Positions 54,494-63,980 of a DNA stretch of 64,000 bases are shown piece by piece. Where the stretch lies: NCBI GenBank assembly GCA_039714075.1, contig JBDLKA010000001.1, positions 64,001-128,000 on the forward strand, in the 5' to 3' direction. This DNA comes from Candidatus Krumholzibacteriota bacterium. Lineage in GTDB: Bacteria > Krumholzibacteriota > Krumholzibacteriia > LZORAL124-64-63. The stretch's first letter is position 1. Each line of letters opens with the position of its first letter. The position numbers were made by a program, and so were the translations under genes. The notes beneath the pieces were generated by a model. That model had not been told where the DNA came from. It saw nothing but the letters and a program-made list of their open reading frames with translations, and did not search any database.

Positions 54494-55543
54494 TCAATCA
54501 TTTTGATCCCGGCAAAGATCGAGAATCAATTTTTCGATTATGATATTCGGTTTCAATGGAGAGCCTTTCAACCGCCGGTCACATGACAAGGCGGACCCAA
54601 GCGCGTTACCGAGGCCTTGGCCGCCCATACCACGCACCATCGGCTCCAGATAACGGAAACTCCAGGGATTCTGCCCCGAAAGCGCCCCGATTTCCCGGTC
54701 ATTCATACCGGCACTGCGGCCCGCGGCCAGGATCGAGCCTTTGCGAACGCGGGAAATGATCAGGGGAGCAATTTCGTAGGCCGATCTCCCCCACTCGGAC
54801 AGCCGGTACCAGGTTTTGAGGACCTGCGGGGCTTTTCCGGGTTCCAGATTGGCGGTAATTTCATAACCTTCCAGTGCGGCCTGATCCATGATGATCCGGC
54901 CGATCTCCTCGGAACTGATACCCCCGCCGCGATCTTCCGCAAGCAGGGCCAGCTTGTCGATTTCGCTCTTCAGGCTCAACAGGTCGTTGCCGACCAATTC
55001 GCACAGGACCTGTGCCTGTTCTGCTTCGAGAGGAAGGTTTTCGCGGCGGGCGGCCTTGAGGACCCACTGGATCAGCATCTCACCGGCCGGCGGGGTGAAA
55101 TCGAACAGGAAACGGCCTTCCTGGCAGACCTTCACCCATTTTTTCCGCTTGTCCACCTTTTCGGCGGTCAGGATGAGGATGGTCTCATCGACGGGCCGAC
55201 TCAGGTATTTTTCCAGCGCGCCCTGCCCGTCGCTTCCACCCAGGCACTTGTCGGCCTGCTTGACCCAGATGACCTGCTTGTTGCCGAGCATGGGAAGACT
55301 GAGGGCCTGCTGGAGAACCTTCTCGACCGGAGTCTGATCACCCTGGAAGACATGATAATTGAAGACCGAGCCGCTTTCGCCCAGGACATCCTTGCGGATC
55401 TTCTGGATCACACCCTCCATGCGCAGGGTGTCTTCTCCGGCCAGCAGATAGACGGACCGGAATTTTCCGGGTTTCAAATCCTGCTCGACCAGTTCCTGGA
55501 ATCCGGGCAGGGCCGCACCTTTGGCTTTACGGGAATACCCCAC
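54494..55543 (-). CDS. holA: DNA polymerase III subunit delta
   Basis: VYLL.GED, SLPM, VDKRKK, L.ELVG.DL..L.SEIDKL, D..LK. Confidence 0.85.
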   Translation of the reverse strand: MGYSRKAKGAALPGFQELVEQDLKPGKFRSVYLLAGEDTLRMEGVIQKIRKDVLGESGSVFNYHVFQGDQTPVEKVLQQALSLPMLGNKQVIWVKQADKCLGGSDGQGALEKYLSRPVDETILILTAEKVDKRKKWVKVCQEGRFLFDFTPPAGEMLIQWVLKAARRENLPLEAEQAQVLCELVGNDLLSLKSEIDKLALLAEDRGGGISSEEIGRIIMDQAALEGYEITANLEPGKAPQVLKTWYRLSEWGRSAYEIAPLIISRVRKGSILAAGRSAGMNDREIGALSGQNPWSFRYLEPMVRGMGGQGLGNALGSALSCDRRLKGSPLKPNIIIEKLILDLCRDQND

Positions 55544-55558
55544 GGAACTCCTAGACGG

Positions 55559-56080
55559 CTACCAGTCCTCGACGACCTGGGCCAGAATATCACGCACAAT
55601 CTCTTCGACCGCTTCGTCACGGGCCGTATCTTCGTTCACATCATTATCGTTGAGGACATAGTTACCCGTCCCGGTAAATCGCCGCTTGTCGAAAATCTTT
55701 TCCCCCGTGGCCCGCACGGTGAAGGTCAGGACCACGGCAATCTGGACCTGGTATTCGTTGACGGTCAATTCCTGGGTGGTGGCCACCTCACGCAGGGTGT
55801 ACCGGGCCACCCGCCCGCTGATGATGCTGTCCGCGTCGGCCTCGTCAACCACCTTGAGGGTGTTGTCCACCTGCAGGGCCCGGATGATATCGTCCGAGAG
55901 ATCGACCCCGAGATTGGGCTCGGGCGTCAGGTTTTCCAGGTACTGCACCGCGACCATTTTCAGGTTTTCATCCACCCGGCCGCTGCTGGCCGAGTACACG
56001 CCGCATCCGGAAAGCAAAACAGGGACGGCCAGTAGCCCGACCAACCGGAAAAGGATTGTGCTGCAAAAAAACCGTTTCAT
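55559..56080 (-). CDS. lptE: LptE family lipoprotein
   Basis: Lipobox LSGCG.YS, ADSIISG.V..Y, C-terminal VEDW; adjacent to holA. Confidence 0.75.
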   Translation of the reverse strand: MKRFFCSTILFRLVGLLAVPVLLSGCGVYSASSGRVDENLKMVAVQYLENLTPEPNLGVDLSDDIIRALQVDNTLKVVDEADADSIISGRVARYTLREVATTQELTVNEYQVQIAVVLTFTVRATGEKIFDKRRFTGTGNYVLNDNDVNEDTARDEAVEEIVRDILAQVVEDW

Positions 56081-57489
56081 GATTCCTTGAGGTCGTATTG
56101 CTTCAGCCGGTAGCGGAACTTGTCCCGGTTCAAACCCACCAGGCGCGCCGCTTCGGATTGGTTGCCGCCCGCTTCGGCCAGGGCCTTGCGGACCAGGGAT
56201 TCCTCAATCTGGTTAACGAGCCCCTCAAGGTCAACACCCTCTTCGGGCAAAGAATTCCGCAGAATATCCTGCAGGGTGCGCCCAAGGTCGTCGGCCTGGC
56301 CGGTACCGGGATGCACCTGGAAATCATCCCGCCGCAGGACCTCGCCGCTGCCCAACAGGACGCTGCGCTCCAGCATGTTTTTGAGCTCCCGAATATTCCC
56401 CGGCCAGGCATAGCCCAGAAGGGCCTGCCGGGCCTCGTCGTCGAGACCGGTGAAGCTCTTGTTGAATTTCAGGTTGAACTGCCCCAGGAAATAATCGACC
56501 AGCGGCAGGATGTCCTCGACCCGCTCCCGCAACGGAGGCACCACCAGCTTGACCACATTGAGACGGAAGTAGAGATCTTCCCGGAATGATCCCGCCTTCA
56601 CCTGGGCCTCCAGGTTGCGGTTGGTGGCCGCCACGATCCTAACATCGACCGAGATGTCCTCGACCCCGCCCACGCGCCGGAAGTTCATTTTTTCCAGGAC
56701 ACGCAGCAGCTTCACCTGGACCGGCAGGGCCATCTCCCCTATTTCATCCAGGAAGATCGTCCCCGAATGAGCCAGTTCAAGCAGGCCTTTCTTCTGGACG
56801 GCCGCACCGGTGAAGGCACCCTTTTCGTGACCGAAAAGTTCACTTTCCAGGAGTTGTTCCGGCAGGGCGGCGCAGTTGATCTCGAGCAGCGGGCAATCCT
56901 TGCGCAGGGACGTGCGGTGGATGAGGTTCGCGACAACGTCCTTGCCGGCTCCGGATTCGCCCTCGATCAGGACGGTGGTGGATTCACCGCCGGCGATCTT
57001 GCGGACAATGTCGTAGATCTCCAGCATGGACGGGGCCTGGCTCGGAACGACATCATCGACCCCGCCGAACAGGTCCCCGTGCTGCTGGTTGCGATACCGG
57101 CGCCGGGCCTCGGTATTGCTGGCCAGGGCCTTGGTGACGACCTTCAACAGACGATCCAGATTGATGGGCTTGTTCACATAATCGAAAGCGTCGAGTTTCA
57201 TGGCCTGAACCGCGGTGTCGGTTTCGCGATAGGCCGTGATCATGACCACGCAGATATGCGGCAAGGCGCTTTTCAGCCCCCCCAGAACCTGGATGCCGCT
57301 CATGTCCGGCAGCATGAGATCCAGCAGAACGAGATCCGGAACCCTTTCCTTGGCCAACTCGAGACCGTCACCGCCGGTGCCGGCGGTGATAACCTCGTAG
57401 CCCTCGTCTTCGAGAGTGGCGGCCAGGAAAAGGCGAATGGCCTCTTCGTCGTCGATAACCAGGATGAGGGGTTTCATCAGGGTGTTCAT
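56077..57489 (-). CDS. Sigma-54-dependent response regulator (NtrC/AtoC family)
   Basis: REC (DD, DLMLP, KP), GESGAGKD, ELFGHEKGAFTGA, FLDEIG, WPGNIREL, Fis-type HTH. Confidence 0.93.
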   Translation of the reverse strand: MNTLMKPLILVIDDEEAIRLFLAATLEDEGYEVITAGTGGDGLELAKERVPDLVLLDLMLPDMSGIQVLGGLKSALPHICVVMITAYRETDTAVQAMKLDAFDYVNKPINLDRLLKVVTKALASNTEARRRYRNQQHGDLFGGVDDVVPSQAPSMLEIYDIVRKIAGGESTTVLIEGESGAGKDVVANLIHRTSLRKDCPLLEINCAALPEQLLESELFGHEKGAFTGAAVQKKGLLELAHSGTIFLDEIGEMALPVQVKLLRVLEKMNFRRVGGVEDISVDVRIVAATNRNLEAQVKAGSFREDLYFRLNVVKLVVPPLRERVEDILPLVDYFLGQFNLKFNKSFTGLDDEARQALLGYAWPGNIRELKNMLERSVLLGSGEVLRRDDFQVHPGTGQADDLGRTLQDILRNSLPEEGVDLEGLVNQIEESLVRKALAEAGGNQSEAARLVGLNRDKFRYRLKQYDLKES

Positions 57490-57600
57490 CAGGGTATGGG
57501 ATTCCCGGGTTTGTCGTTCCGTGCAGGCAAACTTCCGCCCGGATTATGCATGGGCCAAGGTGCCTAAGCAAGGAGGGAATGGGCCGGCGGGGCATAGACA

Positions 57601-57624
57601 AAGGCCGCTCTATCGAGCGGCCTT
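57601..57624 (-). terminator. Hairpin, probable terminator after the sugar transferase
   Basis: aaggccgctc-tatc-gagcggcctt perfect 10-bp stem; short T run on the minus strand. Confidence 0.6.
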
Positions 57625-57672
57625 GATCTATTCCGTTTCAAGCCAGGCGTAACGCAGCAAAAGCCGGAAGGT

Positions 57673-58494
57673 CTAGCGCGCCCCCTCGCCCTTCAGGACA
57701 ACCGACACGGTCGAGACCAGAATGCTGCCATCCTGCTTGAAGCCCGCATTCTTGATGTACCGGCGATCCAGTTCCACCTTGCGCCGGACCGATTCGATGG
57801 TGTCGTCATACCCGTTGATCACCTGGGCCAGGCCGGTGATGCCGGGAAGGACCAGCAGGCGGTCGCGGTAGTTGGGGATTTCCTTCTCCAACTGCCGGAC
57901 AAAAACCATGCGCTCGGGGCGGGGACCGATGATGCTCATCTCCCCGCGCAGGACGTTCAGGAACTGGGGCACTTCGTCAAGGCGGCTGCGGCGCAGGAAT
58001 TTTCCCACCCGGGTCACCCTCACGTCATTGACCCTCGCCCACTGAGGACCCGAGGATTCGGCGTTGGTGCCCATGGTCCTCAGCTTGATGACCTTGAACG
58101 GCCGGCCCGGTTGCAGGACCTTGCGGCGGTCCTTACCGGTGAATCCGTGGCGCTGCCGACGGCGGTTCAGACCGACTCTCTCCTGGGAGTAGAAGGTCGG
58201 ACCCGGAGAATCCAGCTTGATGATCAGCATGAGGGCCGGCAGCATCAAACCGAAAATGGCCAGAGCCAACAGGGAAACGACAATGTCGAACAGCCTCTTG
58301 ACACCCGGATACAAGGACCCCTGCATGCGCTTGAGGTCTAGCCCCGGGCCGGCAGCGGTTTCAAGTCGTGCGGAAAGAGAATCCAGGGCTTGATCCTGAA
58401 GCCCCGCGGCCTCGAGATGAGGCATCATGGCCGTGGCCGTGGCCCCGCTCCGACCAGCAAGATCGGAATGGGCGGACCTGTTTCGCCGTTTCAT
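57673..58494 (-). CDS. Bacterial sugar transferase (initiating phosphoglycosyl transferase)
   Basis: KRLFDI, IKLDSPGP..Y.QERVG, K.RTM, D.RVTRVG.FLR..RLDE.PQ, GPRPER, PGITGLAQ. Confidence 0.9.
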   Translation of the reverse strand: MKRRNRSAHSDLAGRSGATATAMMPHLEAAGLQDQALDSLSARLETAAGPGLDLKRMQGSLYPGVKRLFDIVVSLLALAIFGLMLPALMLIIKLDSPGPTFYSQERVGLNRRRQRHGFTGKDRRKVLQPGRPFKVIKLRTMGTNAESSGPQWARVNDVRVTRVGKFLRRSRLDEVPQFLNVLRGEMSIIGPRPERMVFVRQLEKEIPNYRDRLLVLPGITGLAQVINGYDDTIESVRRKVELDRRYIKNAGFKQDGSILVSTVSVVLKGEGAR

Positions 58495-58804
58495 GTCGGC
58501 ACCCTCCAAGGTACTACTCTTACGTATAAATTTCTTCTGCATAATCCCCACCAATTCACCCTATGCCATAGCGCTGTCCGAAATACGGTTCTGGTGTCAA
58601 GGCTATGTTTACAGTTCCCGGATTCCCCCGAACCGGGCACCTCGTTGATAGGATCTTTATTTTACCTGATCATCATCCCGATCGCAACCCAAAAATTGTC
58701 ATTTGCCCACATTTGACGGTCAATTAACAAAGGAAATGATTTTTCCTGGTTGCCAAAATCCCCCCATAGCACCATCCTACGATAATCAGGACCGTGGAAA
58801 AAGT

Positions 58805-58830
58805 GGCCAAAAATTCAATAATTTTTGACC
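58805..58830. promoter_or_regulatory. Palindromic operator-like site
   Basis: GGCCAAAAATT-caat-AATTTTTGACC (10/11 inverted). Confidence 0.5.
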
Positions 58831-58855
58831 TTTGAAACTTCAGGGTCGGAGGCCC

Positions 58856-59848
58856 ATGAAACTTCCCCGCCGATTAACTTCCCGCTCATTTGCCGTCATT
58901 GGCTTTTCCGTGGCTCTTTACGCCGCTGTCGCCCTGATTTTCGGCCTTGACGATATCCGCCGGGAACTGGCCGGATTTCCCGGCTGGCAATTGTGGGTTT
59001 TGGCGGCCCTCTCCTTGATAAATTACGCGCTGAGATTCTGGCGCTGGGAAGTCTATTTGCGAGCCCTTGACTCCCGAATCCCCCTGCGGGAGTCCCTTGG
59101 TCTCTATTTTGCCACCTACGTCATGGTGATCACACCCGGAAAGATCGGTGAAATTTTCAAGGCGGGAATTTTGCGGGAGAAGTTCGGGGTTTCCCTTTCC
59201 AGGGGATTACCCGTCGTACTAGCCGAAAGAATCTATGATTTCCTGGCCGTCCTGGTCCTGGCTGCGGTGGGAGTGTTTTTCTGGCCCGGCCCCCTGACCG
59301 GACTGACCACCGGGTTGCTGGCGGCGGCGGCCATCCCCCTGTTCCTGGCCTTGTTCCAGAACCGGAACATCAGGACCAGGCTTTTGGGACGGGCGGCGCG
59401 ATCGGAAATGTTGTCCCGTCACCGGGTGGGCCTGGACGAGTCCATGGAATCGCTGAGCAGGCTGCTGGGGATCAAACATTCCCTGTTTTCCCTGACCCTG
59501 TCGACCCTGGCCTGGCTGTGCGAATGTCTGGGCTTGTGGCTCGTATGTCGGGGACTGGATTTTCCGGTGCCCCTGGGCGAGGCCCTCTTCGTCTACGCGG
59601 CGGGCACCCTGGTGGGTTCGCTGTCATTCCTTCCTGGCGGGCTGGGAGGAACCGAGGCCACGATCATCTGGCTGTTGGGCACCCTGTCCATGCCGGGTGC
59701 CACGGCCGCGGCGGTGGCCTTGCTCGTGCGGCTGTTCACGCTATGGCTCGCGGTGATCATCGGTCTGGTATTTTTTATGGCTTTCCGCAGCATACTTTTC
59801 AGTGAAGACGAGGAAATCCCCGAGCCCGGCGATACCCTCCCCAGCTGA
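58856..59848 (+). CDS. Lysylphosphatidylglycerol-synthase-TM (flippase-like) membrane protein
   Basis: R..RW, TPGKIGE..K, ER..D, PGGLGGTEA, RL.T.W. Confidence 0.82.
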   Translation: MKLPRRLTSRSFAVIGFSVALYAAVALIFGLDDIRRELAGFPGWQLWVLAALSLINYALRFWRWEVYLRALDSRIPLRESLGLYFATYVMVITPGKIGEIFKAGILREKFGVSLSRGLPVVLAERIYDFLAVLVLAAVGVFFWPGPLTGLTTGLLAAAAIPLFLALFQNRNIRTRLLGRAARSEMLSRHRVGLDESMESLSRLLGIKHSLFSLTLSTLAWLCECLGLWLVCRGLDFPVPLGEALFVYAAGTLVGSLSFLPGGLGGTEATIIWLLGTLSMPGATAAAVALLVRLFTLWLAVIIGLVFFMAFRSILFSEDEEIPEPGDTLPS

Positions 59849-59859
59849 TACCTCGACCT

Positions 59860-60861
59860 TTAATTCCTGTCGTTGACCAGCCGGTCGTACCCGAGAAGGA
59901 TCGTGATGACTGCCGCGACCGAGGCCAGGATCCAGGGAACATTGGCCCGGAACCAACCCTGTCTCTGGATAGTGACGTGGAGCGTATCACCGGGATATAC
60001 CTGGGGATTGCCCATCGGATTGCCTTCCTTCAGGTACAGATCCAGGTTGATCAGGGTGGAAACGGCCTTGCCGCCGTCTTCATGGACCCAGTAGACCTTT
60101 TCCATGTCCGCCACGTCACTGGGAGCACCGGCCAGCATGATGACGTCCAGCATGGGCATGGGGTCCTCGATGGGGACGATGGTGGACACCCCCACCCCTC
60201 CGAACACCTTCACGCCTTCGGCCGAGGGTACACCCGAGGTGCCTTCGAGCAGGGCGGGAATGATCAGGGTGTCGCCGTCGCGCAGCTCCATGGCGGGAAA
60301 TGCGCGGCCCTCCATCAATCCGGACAGGTCCAGGTTATTGACCTGGGGAATGCCTTCTTCATCCCTGATGACGCGGGCGAGCCGCAGATTGGCTTCCTCG
60401 GTCGGGCCGCCTGCGGAGCGGATGACATCCCACAAAGAAGGTAAATAATCGAATGACTGGGTGCCGGGGCGCGCGACCTGCCCCATGACGTAGATGTTCG
60501 TGGCCCCGCCGCGGCTCACTTCCAGGTGCAGGGTGTCGATGTTGGGATAGAACAAACGCAATTTCTGCTTGATGAACAGCGAAGCTTCCTCGCGGGACAT
60601 CCCCGCCAACAGAACGTCACCCACCTGGGGAATATTGGCGTAACCTCCCTGGTCCAGCACCAATTCACTATCCAGATCCGGACGCCCGGGAACCGACAGC
60701 TTGACCTTGTCACCCACCCGCAAGGAAGTGGAAACATCCCCCTCCTGGCCCAAAACCAACAGGGGATTCAGCACCAGAGTCAGCACTACGACCCAGGCCA
60801 GCGGCCGCTTCCATGACCGGCACGGCGTTACCTCGGCAAACTCAGCGGATCGGTGCTTCAT
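59860..60861 (-). CDS. Polysaccharide biosynthesis/export protein with SLBB domains
   Basis: LRVGD, G...IP.VG.V..AG, YVMGQV.RPG, AGG, L.DGD...IP, PGD; C-terminal hydrophobic helix. Confidence 0.8.
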   Translation of the reverse strand: MKHRSAEFAEVTPCRSWKRPLAWVVVLTLVLNPLLVLGQEGDVSTSLRVGDKVKLSVPGRPDLDSELVLDQGGYANIPQVGDVLLAGMSREEASLFIKQKLRLFYPNIDTLHLEVSRGGATNIYVMGQVARPGTQSFDYLPSLWDVIRSAGGPTEEANLRLARVIRDEEGIPQVNNLDLSGLMEGRAFPAMELRDGDTLIIPALLEGTSGVPSAEGVKVFGGVGVSTIVPIEDPMPMLDVIMLAGAPSDVADMEKVYWVHEDGGKAVSTLINLDLYLKEGNPMGNPQVYPGDTLHVTIQRQGWFRANVPWILASVAAVITILLGYDRLVNDRN

Positions 60862-60876
60862 GCTCTCCTCCGTACT

Positions 60877-61815
60877 TCAGGCAAGGTCCCGATACCACGC
60901 CACGGTTTTCCGCAAACCCTGGTCGATATCAATGTCCCCCACGTAGTCGAGATATTCACGGGCCAGACCGACATCGGCCTGGGAGTGTTTCACGTCGCCG
61001 GGCCGTGATTCATCATAATGGGGTTCGACGTCGGTGCCAATGAGATCCCGGATCCGGAAACACAGATCCTTCACGGTCAGGCGATCGCCCAGGGCGATGT
61101 TGTAGGACCTGCCGCCGGCTTCGGGCCGCGCGGCGCAGGCGGCCAGATTGGCGTTCACCACATTGGCGATGTAGGTGAAATCCCGGGACTGGAGCCCATC
61201 CCCGTGAATGACGGGAGGCTGCCCGGCCAGGAAAGCCGTGATGAACTTGGGCACGACCGCGGCGTATTGGCTGTTGGGATCCTGGCGGGGTCCGAAGACG
61301 TTGAAATACCTCAGGCCGATGGTGCTCAGACCGTACAGATTGTTGAAGACCGCGCCGTACAACTCGGACACCCTCTTGTTGACCGCATAGGGCGACATCG
61401 GCCGCGGCTGCATGCCTTCATGTTTGGGCAGTTCCTCGGTATCGCCGTAGATGGAACTGCTGGCGGCGAAAACCACTCTCCTGACACCCTGCTGGTGGGC
61501 GCCCCAGAACACCCGCAGGGTGCCGCCGATATTGTGCTCGTCGCTGGTCAGGGGATCCGCCACGCTGCGCGGGACACTGGGCAGGGCGGCCTGGTGAAAG
61601 ACACAGTCCACACCCTGGCAGCACGCCATGACGGTGTCGATGTCGGTGATGGAACCGACATGGAGCTGAACATCATCGATGATGTCGGCGATGTTTTCCT
61701 CACGGCCGGTGGACATGTTGTCCAGCACGACCACTTCATGCCCCCGGCTGACCAGTTCCCTGCTCAAATGAGACCCGATAAACCCCGCTCCGCCTGTCAC
61801 CAGGTATTTACTCAT
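60877..61815 (-). CDS. NAD-dependent nucleotide-sugar epimerase (WbpP/TviC-like SDR)
   Basis: TGGAGFIGSH, HQAALPSVPRS, SPYAVNK, RYFNVFGPRQDP.SQYAAV. Confidence 0.88.
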   Translation of the reverse strand: MSKYLVTGGAGFIGSHLSRELVSRGHEVVVLDNMSTGREENIADIIDDVQLHVGSITDIDTVMACCQGVDCVFHQAALPSVPRSVADPLTSDEHNIGGTLRVFWGAHQQGVRRVVFAASSSIYGDTEELPKHEGMQPRPMSPYAVNKRVSELYGAVFNNLYGLSTIGLRYFNVFGPRQDPNSQYAAVVPKFITAFLAGQPPVIHGDGLQSRDFTYIANVVNANLAACAARPEAGGRSYNIALGDRLTVKDLCFRIRDLIGTDVEPHYDESRPGDVKHSQADVGLAREYLDYVGDIDIDQGLRKTVAWYRDLA

Positions 61816-61852
61816 GTCCTGGACATCCCTCCGCTGGTTTTACGAACCCGGC

Positions 61853-63151
61853 CTAAAGCCTGATCAGATCGGCCGACTCATGCCCCTTGAGGGCGTTGCG
61901 CGTGTCGATGACGACCGGACCGGCATCGATCAGCACGGCGTGGTCCACCGTCGGGTGCGGTGTGACGATGACCACGGCGTCAAAACCGGCAACGGCTTCG
62001 GACGACCACTGCTCCAGTCGTTCCGCTGAAATCTCGGCAGGCACCGACTCCACGTGGGGATCGTACCACGAGGTTTTTCCGCCCAGGTTGGACACCATTT
62101 CCATGATGTCCAGGGCCGGGGATTCGCGCATGTCGTCGATACCCGGCTTGTAGGCCACTCCCACTACCAGGACCCGGCTGCCGTTGACGGATTTGCGCCT
62201 GTCGTTCAGGGCGCGGGTGACCAGCTTCAGGACATGCCTCGGCATGAAGCTGTTCACCTGCCCGGCCAGGTCGATGAACCGGGCTTCCGACCCGGCCTGC
62301 TTGGCCTTCCAGGACAGATAAAACGGATCGATGGGGATGCAGTGGCCGCCCAGACCGGGACCCGGGTAGAACGGCATGAAGCCGAAGGGTTTGGTGGCGG
62401 CGCCGTCGATGACTTCCCAGACGTCGATGTCCATGGCGTTGCACATCAGGGCGATTTCATTGACCAGTCCGATGTTCACACTGCGGAAGGTGTTCTCCAG
62501 CAGCTTGACCGTTTCGGCGACCCGGACCGACGAAACCGGAACCACGGTCTCCATCACCTGGCCGTAGAGATTGCGGGCCACCTCGGTGCAATTCGGTGTG
62601 ACGCCCCCCACCACCTTGGGAATGTTGATGGTGTGGAAAGTGGGGTTCCCGGGATCGACCCGTTCCGGGGAAAAGGCCAGGAAAAAATCCCGGCCGACTT
62701 CGAGGCCGTTTTCGCTCAGGATGGGCAGGATGACTTCTTCGGTCGTGCCCGGATAGGTCGTGCTTTCGAGGATCACCAGCATCCCGGAGTGCATGCTCTC
62801 GGCAATGGACCCCACGGCCGCCTGGATATAGGAAATGTCCGGATCGCGGGTCTTCCCCAGGGGCGTCGGCACGCAGATGTTGACACTGTCCACTTCAGCC
62901 AGCCGGGAAAAATCCGTGGTGGCTACCAGGTGACCAGACTCCACGACACCAGCGAGATCCTCGCTGGAGATGTCGATGATGTAGCTGTCGCCTTTGTTCA
63001 CCGCATTGACCTTGTTCACGTCCAGGTCGAATCCGATAACCCGGAAGCCCGCTTTGGCGAATGACACCGCCAGCGGCAACCCGACGTAACCCAGGCCCAG
63101 GATGCCCAGCCGGGCCTCCTTGCTCTTCAGTTTGCTGATCAATTGCTGCAT
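61853..63151 (-). CDS. Nucleotide-sugar dehydrogenase (UDP-GlcNAc 6-dehydrogenase, WbpA/TviB-like)
   Basis: GLGYVGLPLA, CVPTP, ESTTYPGTT, SPERVDPG, KLLEN, GGHCIP.DP, D.RESP. Confidence 0.9.
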   Translation of the reverse strand: MQQLISKLKSKEARLGILGLGYVGLPLAVSFAKAGFRVIGFDLDVNKVNAVNKGDSYIIDISSEDLAGVVESGHLVATTDFSRLAEVDSVNICVPTPLGKTRDPDISYIQAAVGSIAESMHSGMLVILESTTYPGTTEEVILPILSENGLEVGRDFFLAFSPERVDPGNPTFHTINIPKVVGGVTPNCTEVARNLYGQVMETVVPVSSVRVAETVKLLENTFRSVNIGLVNEIALMCNAMDIDVWEVIDGAATKPFGFMPFYPGPGLGGHCIPIDPFYLSWKAKQAGSEARFIDLAGQVNSFMPRHVLKLVTRALNDRRKSVNGSRVLVVGVAYKPGIDDMRESPALDIMEMVSNLGGKTSWYDPHVESVPAEISAERLEQWSSEAVAGFDAVVIVTPHPTVDHAVLIDAGPVVIDTRNALKGHESADLIRL

Positions 63152-63220
63152 GAACATTCCTCGTTTGACATGAATGTAAAAAGCCATCGGGTCCGGACGA
63201 ATCAGACCCTGCTTCCCTTA

Positions 63221-63247
63221 TCATCGGCAATCCCGGCTGACGGTTTA
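63221..63247 (-). promoter_or_regulatory. Sigma-28 (FliA/WhiG)-like promoter for the EPS operon
   Basis: TAAA-15bp-GCCGATGA on the minus strand. Confidence 0.6.
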
Positions 63248-63282
63248 CCAACTCCTGGAAGTAATCAGGGGCCCGTTCCCGT

Positions 63283-63570
63283 TCACTTGTCCTGGTTCCG
63301 GAATTCCGCCTTCAAACGCTTCATTTCCACCCTGGTTTCCCTGAGATCCACCACTTTGTAATACAAACGGCGGAGAACCGAAAGGACAAAAAGCCCCATC
63401 AGGAACAGGGCTCCACGGCGGTACCAGGGGTTGAGGTCGGCCCCGTGGGTGGAAAACAGGTCGTCGATGGTGCGGGTGAAAACAACCAGCGTCACGGCAA
63501 AAGCCACATAAAGCAGGCAGTGGACCAGGCCGCTGCTGAAGTCCTCGCGGCAGCGGAGGTACTGGCGCAA
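63283..63570 (-). CDS. Small two-TM hypothetical protein
   Basis: Two hydrophobic segments and a coiled-coil tail; start uncertain (frame open to 63654). Confidence 0.55.
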   Translation of the reverse strand: MRQYLRCREDFSSGLVHCLLYVAFAVTLVVFTRTIDDLFSTHGADLNPWYRRGALFLMGLFVLSVLRRLYYKVVDLRETRVEMKRLKAEFRNQDK

Positions 63571-63625
63571 CGGAAAATCCCCGCCGGAGCCGTCCCGGAA
63601 CCGGGATTCGAACAGATCGGACTTT

Positions 63626-63838
63626 TTACGGGATCTCTTCGAAATCAGCATCATCGATATCCTGTTCCGTCAGGTCATTCATGGGACGGCCGGTCGGCGG
63701 CGAACTTCCACTGTCCCGGACGTCCTGCTTGGGGGACGGTCCCGTGGGGCCGGACCCCACCATCGATTTAATGGAAAGATAGATCCGCCTGACCAGAAGG
63801 CCGAATAAAAAGAGAAGCAGGATTCTGAAAATATTCAT
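63626..63838 (-). CDS. Small membrane-anchored protein with acidic tail DIDDADFEEIP
   Basis: N-terminal TM, flexible linker, D.DFEE tail. Confidence 0.65.
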   Translation of the reverse strand: MNIFRILLLFLFGLLVRRIYLSIKSMVGSGPTGPSPKQDVRDSGSSPPTGRPMNDLTEQDIDDADFEEIP

Positions 63839-63859
63839 GATTCACACGAAGGAAAGTGG

Positions 63860-63936
63860 TGGTACGCCCGACAGGATTCGAACCTGTGGCCTTCTGCTCC
63901 GGAGGCAGACGCTCTATCCAGCTGAGCTACGGGCGC
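63860..63936 (-). tRNA. tRNA-Arg (CCG)
   Basis: GCGCCCG...TCTGC-CTCCGGA-GCAGA...GTTCGAATC...CGGGCGTACCA. Confidence 0.95.
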
Positions 63937-63951
63937 ACGTGTGGTGGCGGA

Positions 63952-63980
63952 ATTATGGAACATGAATCCTTTGGCGTCAA
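63952..63980 (-). promoter_or_regulatory. Sigma-70 promoter for tRNA-Arg(CCG)
   Basis: TTGACG-17bp-CATAAT on the minus strand. Confidence 0.7.

Noticed and set aside
755..61586. KOPS (GGGNAGGG) polarity towards dif
   Set aside because: By eye both orientations occur on both sides (forward at 755, 1487, 14117, 55505; reverse at 7780, 17998, 47777, 55221), so there is no clear skew; a full count is needed
63857..63862. Genomic CCACCA after tRNA-Arg(CCG) as a decay tag
   Set aside because: The CCACCA tag is added post-transcriptionally; an encoded extra CCA would be trimmed and can arise by chance
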